The notes below the pieces were generated by a model. It saw only the letters and a program-made list of their open reading frames with translations. It did not search any database and was not told where the DNA came from. Made by a program: the position numbers and the translations under genes. A DNA stretch of 64,000 nucleotides. It comes from Eubacteriales bacterium. Its GTDB lineage: Bacteria; Bacillota; Clostridia; Oscillospirales; JAAYXM01. Shown here in pieces: positions 59,269 through 64,000 of the stretch (position 1 is its first letter; each line of letters starts with the position of its first letter). The DNA lies in NCBI GenBank assembly GCA_045546975.1, contig JAZQDV010000010.1, positions 333,121 through 397,120 on the forward strand. The letters are read 5' to 3'.

Positions 59269-60648
59269 CTACAGTACAATTCCATCTTTGAAAATAGAGA
59301 TTTCACTATATCCGTTTTTTTCATTGTTTGTTTCTTTACCTGATGCAACTTCCATGAGATACTCAAGAAAAATATCTGTAAGGTCTTCCATCTTTACACC
59401 GTTGATAAGTGGTGACGCATCAAAATCAATCCAGTTTTTCTTGCGTTCTGCGAGATTTGAGTTCGTAGCTATCTTTACAGTCGGAACAGGAGCGCCAACA
59501 GGGGTTCCACGTCCCGTGGTAAAGAGTATCATATGTACTCCTGCCGCAGTAAGATTGGTTATCGCTACAATATCATTTCCCGGGCCGTTAAGAAGCGAAA
59601 GACCGTTCTTTGTGAGAACGTCGCCGTAGTCGAGAACGTCAACAACTTCGCTCTTTCCACCCTTCTGAACGCAACCAAGCGACTTTTCTTCCAGCGTCGT
59701 TATTCCGCCTGCTTTGTTTCCGGGAGACGGGTTTTCATATATTACCTGATTGTGTCTTGTGAAATAATCCTTAAAATCATTTATTAAACTTACAGTCTTG
59801 TCAAAAAGCTCTTTAGTCGGGCACCTTTCCATAAGGAGATGCTCTGCTCCGAACATTTCAGGAACTTCAGTCAGAACACAGCTTCCACCAAAAGAGATAA
59901 CCTTATCCGAGAGCGAGCCAACAAGCGGATTTGCAGTAATTCCGCTGTATCCGTCGCTGCCGCCGCATTTCAGTCCTATCTTGAGCTCCGATACAGGTAT
60001 CGCTTCCCTTTTGAACGTATCAGCATAAGCTTTCAGTTCGTTTATTATTCTTACACCCTCGGAAATTTCGTCATCAAAATCCTGGGAATTTAAGAACCTG
60101 ACTCTTTTGGGATTATAATCACCTAAAACCTTTTTGAATTCAGGGATATTGTTGTTTTCACATCCAAGACCAAGTACAAGCACACCACCTGCATTCGGGT
60201 GGTTTATGAGACCCTTTAAGATAAGCTGTGTGGTCTTGTGGTCACCACCAAGCTGAGAACACCCGAACGGATGCTCAAATGTTTTGGCTCCTGTGATATC
60301 CGCAAGCTTGCGCGCAACCTTATTTATACATCCTACGGTATTTATAATCCATATTTCGTTTCGTATGCCGACATCACCATTTTCGCGACGGTAACCCATA
60401 AATGTCAAGTCAGTTGAAGCCTTTTTTATCGGCTCAAAAGACGGCTTATATTCATAAACTATCTTATCGCTCAAGTTGGTCTTCATATTATGGCTATGTA
60501 CATGCTCTCCGCGCTTTATATCGCAAATTGCGTGACCGATAGGGTTTCCGTACTTGATTATGTTTTCGTTTTCTTTTATGTCGCGAGCGGCATATTTATG
60601 ACCATCTTCGAGGTTTACCTCGACATTATCAAGCTTATTAACCAACAT
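59269..60648 (-). CDS. uxaA: altronate dehydratase (UxaA/GarD family)
   Basis: N-terminal SAF domain (NDNV-like VNLEDGHKYAARDIKENENIIKYGNPIGHA), GCSQLGGD, LGLGCE. Confidence 0.9.
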   Translation of the reverse strand: MLVNKLDNVEVNLEDGHKYAARDIKENENIIKYGNPIGHAICDIKRGEHVHSHNMKTNLSDKIVYEYKPSFEPIKKASTDLTFMGYRRENGDVGIRNEIWIINTVGCINKVARKLADITGAKTFEHPFGCSQLGGDHKTTQLILKGLINHPNAGGVLVLGLGCENNNIPEFKKVLGDYNPKRVRFLNSQDFDDEISEGVRIINELKAYADTFKREAIPVSELKIGLKCGGSDGYSGITANPLVGSLSDKVISFGGSCVLTEVPEMFGAEHLLMERCPTKELFDKTVSLINDFKDYFTRHNQVIYENPSPGNKAGGITTLEEKSLGCVQKGGKSEVVDVLDYGDVLTKNGLSLLNGPGNDIVAITNLTAAGVHMILFTTGRGTPVGAPVPTVKIATNSNLAERKKNWIDFDASPLINGVKMEDLTDIFLEYLMEVASGKETNNEKNGYSEISIFKDGIVL

Positions 60649-61930
60649 ACCTTTCTACCTCTGTCACAAGAGAAGAGAGATCCTGACCCCACAAATTTGT
60701 GTTTGCGAGTATCTCCCCGACACTTGCATTTTTCATAAACTCCATAATCTTTTCATCGTCGTTGGGCGTTCCCTTTTTATAAAACTCAATGAGCTTTGCA
60801 AACGCAAAACAAAGGTTTTTAGGCATTTCGCCCTTACGCTTTATGTACTCAAGAAGTGACGGTAATACGCGAACCTTGAATTTACTTACTGAGTTGAGAG
60901 ATATAGACGCACACAAATGCTTTATAAACGGGTTCTTGAATCTTTCAAAAACATTGTTTGCGTAATCCGTAAGCTCCTCAAGAGGTAAATCAAGCGTGGG
61001 TATAATTTCTTCATAGACACAACTCTTTACAAAGGAACTCATTTTTTCATCGTTCATGCAGTCGCCAACAGTCTCTATTCCTTCCAGAAGAGCATATGGT
61101 ATCATTGAGGTATGCGCACCGTTAAGAATACGGACCTTACGTGTTCTGTAACGTTCAAGATTATCCGTAACGATAATATTGAGGTCACACTTATCAAACG
61201 GAAACTCGCATGTTATATCCTTCGGACCTTCTATAACCCATAGGTGGAAGAGCTCACTTGTGTTAACCATATTATCTTCAAAATCAAGCTCAATCTTTTC
61301 ATCTCTCGGATAACCGGTAACAATTCTGTCAACAAGAGTGTTATAGAACGTGTTGTTTGACTTTACCCATGCAACAAAATCCTCTCCAAGATCCCAAAGC
61401 TTTGCATATTTCAAAATACATTCACGGAGAGTTGCTCCGTTTTTATCAATAAGCTCGCACGGAAGGAAAATAAAGCCACCAAGTCCTAAATCGAAACGTT
61501 TTTTCAGAAGAACAGTTACCTTTCCGGGGAATGTTACATTCGGAGCATCCTCGAACTTATCGTTTTCGTCAAAAGCAATGCCTGATTCTGTTGTATTTGA
61601 AACAACAAACCTAAAATCAGGATTCTCTGCAAGGGCAAGATATGCACTAAAATCATCATACGGCTTAACAGTTCGTGTAATACAGTCGATAACTTTCTTG
61701 TCAACTGTCGGAACACCGTTTTTAAGGCCTCGCATAACGTGCGTGTATACACAATCCTGTGCCTGAAGTTTATCACACATACCGTTTTCAATCGGCTGAA
61801 CGACAACTACTCCCGCATTGAAATCAGAGTTCTCGTTTGTTATCTGTATTATCCAATCGACAAAGCCGCGGAGGAATCCACCCTCTCCAAACTGGATTAC
61901 TTTTTCCGTATAATTCTTGTTTCTGACCAT
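60638..61930 (-). CDS. uxaB: tagaturonate reductase (altronate oxidoreductase), mannitol dehydrogenase family
   Basis: N-terminus VIQFGEGGFLRGFVDWII is typical of UxaB rather than UxuB. Overlaps uxaA by 11 nt. Confidence 0.8.
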   Translation of the reverse strand: MVRNKNYTEKVIQFGEGGFLRGFVDWIIQITNENSDFNAGVVVVQPIENGMCDKLQAQDCVYTHVMRGLKNGVPTVDKKVIDCITRTVKPYDDFSAYLALAENPDFRFVVSNTTESGIAFDENDKFEDAPNVTFPGKVTVLLKKRFDLGLGGFIFLPCELIDKNGATLRECILKYAKLWDLGEDFVAWVKSNNTFYNTLVDRIVTGYPRDEKIELDFEDNMVNTSELFHLWVIEGPKDITCEFPFDKCDLNIIVTDNLERYRTRKVRILNGAHTSMIPYALLEGIETVGDCMNDEKMSSFVKSCVYEEIIPTLDLPLEELTDYANNVFERFKNPFIKHLCASISLNSVSKFKVRVLPSLLEYIKRKGEMPKNLCFAFAKLIEFYKKGTPNDDEKIMEFMKNASVGEILANTNLWGQDLSSLVTEVERYVG

Positions 61931-61932
61931 AT

Positions 61933-63606
61933 CTATCTCTCCTTGCTGTAGTGTTTCTTTACCGTGTTATATGCCAACTTCTTCCTTCTGTATCCGTCAA
62001 CAATTCCCTTGTTGTTTCTCGTGAGCGGACGAACCATAAACCACTCTTCCTCAGTTACTCTGCAATCGCTAAACTGCCAGATGAAAAGTCCGGAAAGCTC
62101 GTTTGAAGCTAAATACCTATCCAGTACAGAGTCAAGTATCTGCTCTTGTCTTTCTTCTGTCCAACGCGCACACGTATCACTTCTGTTTCCGTAAACGGCA
62201 CCCGCGCCAAACTCACTCACAATATACGGTTTTGTGTCACCGATCGTCTCTTTTACCCAATCAAGCTCTTTGTTAAGTGTTTCGAGCGGGTCATTATTAT
62301 CGTACCACAACGGATATAAGTTTACTGAAACAATGTCAGGAAGATCAAGACACAGGTCTGTAAAGTGCTGACAGGTAGCAAAGGATTTCGGTCTGCTTGA
62401 GTCAAGTTTCCGTAGCTGCTCAAACTGCTTTTTGTACTTTTCTCTTCCCTCTTCAGTATGACTTGCACACTCATTAAGAAGTCCCCATATAACTATTGAC
62501 GGATGGTTGTAATGGTTTACAACCATCTCAGCAATACAATCCTCGCACTGCTTGTCAAAGTTCGGGTTTTGCATTCTTTCAAGTGAGAGTCCTCTTGCGT
62601 GGTTTTCTTCCCAAACAAGGACTCCGCGTTCATCGCACATATCCAAAAAGCGTTCGTCATTTGGATAATGACTCATTCTCACAGCATTCGCTCCAGTATC
62701 GAGCATAAGGTCCATATCGTGCGCCATAACCTGAAGCGGAAGTGCACATCCGAAGAGCGGGTGGTCTTCATGACGGTTAAATCCTTTGAAATATATTTCT
62801 TCACCGTTTAAGTATATCTTCTTGCCTTTTACCTCAACTGTCCTGAAGCCAACACGCTCAATTAAATCGTCAACTGGCATATTTTTTTCTGACAAAACAG
62901 TATTTAATAAATACAGATTTGGCGTTTTGGTGTTCCACGGTTCTACTCCATCAAAAGAGGACTCAAGCGATACAAGTGCCGTCTCTCCTGCAGGGACCTT
63001 GACATCTGAAGAAAGCGTTGTTTTATCAATCGTGCAAGATATGTCTCCACAGAACTCATAATCCGCAATGTTTGACACACAAACCTCAATTTTTGCACTC
63101 CATTTTCCGTTTGTGAATTCAGGCGTAAAATGAACATACTCGATATATGTATCAGGAATTTCTTCGAGAGTAACAGGACGCGTAAGTCCGCCGTAAGTGT
63201 AATAGTCATTTGGAACATGAAGTGAAGAATGTTCTCCGAAGGTATTGTCAACCAAAACCTTAACCTCATGCTCGCCTGCATCACAAGCACGAATTATAGC
63301 GGAAAACGGAGTAAACGCATTGTAATGATGTGCAATAAACTTATCATCAAAATACACATCACCCGTGTGACTTACACCCTTAAATGTGATTCTTAAATTC
63401 GTTTTCTTCGCAGTTCTAACTTTTTTAGTGTATATACCCTTTCCTCTGAAGCTTGAAAGAGACGGAATCTGTTCCCAGCACCCCGGCACTGAAACAGAAA
63501 AATCCCCCTTATCTTTTATGGAAAGACTCCACATACCGTCAAGAGTTGTTTTTTTGCGTATTTCGTTAGTTCTAAAAAGTCTGTCCATCTTTTTAAACCT
63601 CACCAA
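61933..63606 (-). CDS. GH2 beta-glucuronidase-like hexuronidase
   Basis: GH2 sugar-binding N-domain, acid/base NHPSIVIWGLLNE, nucleophile YIVSEFG, and C-terminal RNNKG (N-x-K uronate-recognition motif as in E. coli GUS GNKKG). 557 aa, or 551 aa from the internal Met. Confidence 0.75.
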   Translation of the reverse strand: MVRFKKMDRLFRTNEIRKKTTLDGMWSLSIKDKGDFSVSVPGCWEQIPSLSSFRGKGIYTKKVRTAKKTNLRITFKGVSHTGDVYFDDKFIAHHYNAFTPFSAIIRACDAGEHEVKVLVDNTFGEHSSLHVPNDYYTYGGLTRPVTLEEIPDTYIEYVHFTPEFTNGKWSAKIEVCVSNIADYEFCGDISCTIDKTTLSSDVKVPAGETALVSLESSFDGVEPWNTKTPNLYLLNTVLSEKNMPVDDLIERVGFRTVEVKGKKIYLNGEEIYFKGFNRHEDHPLFGCALPLQVMAHDMDLMLDTGANAVRMSHYPNDERFLDMCDERGVLVWEENHARGLSLERMQNPNFDKQCEDCIAEMVVNHYNHPSIVIWGLLNECASHTEEGREKYKKQFEQLRKLDSSRPKSFATCQHFTDLCLDLPDIVSVNLYPLWYDNNDPLETLNKELDWVKETIGDTKPYIVSEFGAGAVYGNRSDTCARWTEERQEQILDSVLDRYLASNELSGLFIWQFSDCRVTEEEWFMVRPLTRNNKGIVDGYRRKKLAYNTVKKHYSKER

Positions 63607-63640
63607 AAATGATATGTAAGTTCAAAACTCATTACCATAC

Positions 63641-63670
63641 ATTGTAACACGAAAGACATTGAGTTTTCAA
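63641..63670 (-). promoter_or_regulatory. candidate promoter of the GH2-uxaBAC operon
   Basis: Minus strand: TTGAAA (63665-63670), 18-nt spacer with TG, TACAAT (63641-63646). A 10-nt imperfect inverted repeat (63621-63630 / 63661-63670) brackets it. Confidence 0.45.
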
Positions 63671-63710
63671 CAAATATCGAAAAATATTTTATTGAGTCTA
63701 TGAAAGAGAA

Positions 63711-63743
63711 AAAGCACGCCACCTCAGAGAGATGGCGTGCTTT
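63711..63743 (-). terminator. rho-independent terminator after eda
   Basis: aaagcacgcca / 11-nt loop / tggcgtgcttt, with T-runs on both strands. Confidence 0.75.
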
Positions 63744-63753
63744 TAATATTGGT

Positions 63754-64000
63754 TTACGGAATAATCGGAATATCCTTCTTTGCTTCAGCGATAATGTCGA
63801 TGAATGTCTTCACCTGCTTTGTGATAGAGCCAAGACCTTCTTTTTCAATTTTATCGAAGTCCATAAATGTTCTTGCGCCTGAAACAGCACAAGCACCGCA
63901 CTTGATAAAGTCTGCAGCGTTATCCGGAGTAATTCCGCCTGACGGAATGAGGTTTACTTCCGGGAATACCATCTTGAGGTTTGTCATGTACTTTGCGCCG
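63754..64000 (-). CDS. eda: 2-dehydro-3-deoxyphosphogluconate (KDPG) aldolase, C-terminal part (5' end beyond the window)
   Basis: VNLIPSGGITPDNAADFIKCGACAVSG is typical of the Eda C-terminus. The frame remains open to base 64000. Confidence 0.75.
   Translation of the reverse strand, partial: GAKYMTNLKMVFPEVNLIPSGGITPDNAADFIKCGACAVSGARTFMDFDKIEKEGLGSITKQVKTFIDIIAEAKKDIPIIP

Overview
The window looks like core chromosome from a spore-forming Clostridia-type Firmicute, roughly 43-46 % GC by hand counts of a few lines. The taxon is an inference, and no homology search was possible. All protein calls rest on motifs and N-terminal signatures I recognise in the ORF-track translations, plus gene order. 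Coding density is very high, and most content sits in conserved housekeeping arrays. (1) cdaA-cdaR-yicC-remA-rpoZ-priA-def-fmt-Zn peptidase-rsmB-rlmN-prpC-prkC-rsgA. (2) cwlD-radA-nusB-xseA-xseB-ispA-[~600 nt structured RNA]-[small membrane protein]-dxs-tlyA-nadK-argR-recN-GH1. (3) On the minus strand, queA-tgt-spoIID-like-yajC-yrzE-like-yabE-like-ksgA. (4) asd-dapA-dapB, proC, spoIIM-xerD. (5) On the minus strand, infC-rpmI-rplT-ldh. (6) rplM-rpsI. (7) A minus-strand hexuronate operon: GH2 glucuronidase-like, uxaB, uxaA, uxaC, with eda upstream. The most notable element is the ORF-free, helix-rich gap between ispA and dxs. By position, size, end-to-end pairing and the downstream 4-TM protein it matches the known OLE RNA / OapA ribonucleoprotein locus. 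That class is already described but its function is still poorly understood, so I do not call it new. Other items worth a second look: a strong sigmaA promoter driving a ~180-200 nt structured non-coding stretch upstream of tcdA (possible 6S RNA by synteny, unproven); an AT-rich ~3.4 kb islet carrying a tyrosine recombinase and an ABC adaptor+permease pair with no ATPase; a non-AUG (AUC) infC start behind an L20-leader-like attenuator; an L13-leader-like hairpin; a GH2 enzyme coupled to the galacturonate (Uxa) branch rather than the glucuronate (Uxu) branch; and a perfect palindrome spanning the stop codons of two convergent tRNA-modification genes. I saw no rRNA, tRNA, CRISPR array, transposase or obvious defence system. 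I found no convincing evidence for a wholly undescribed system.
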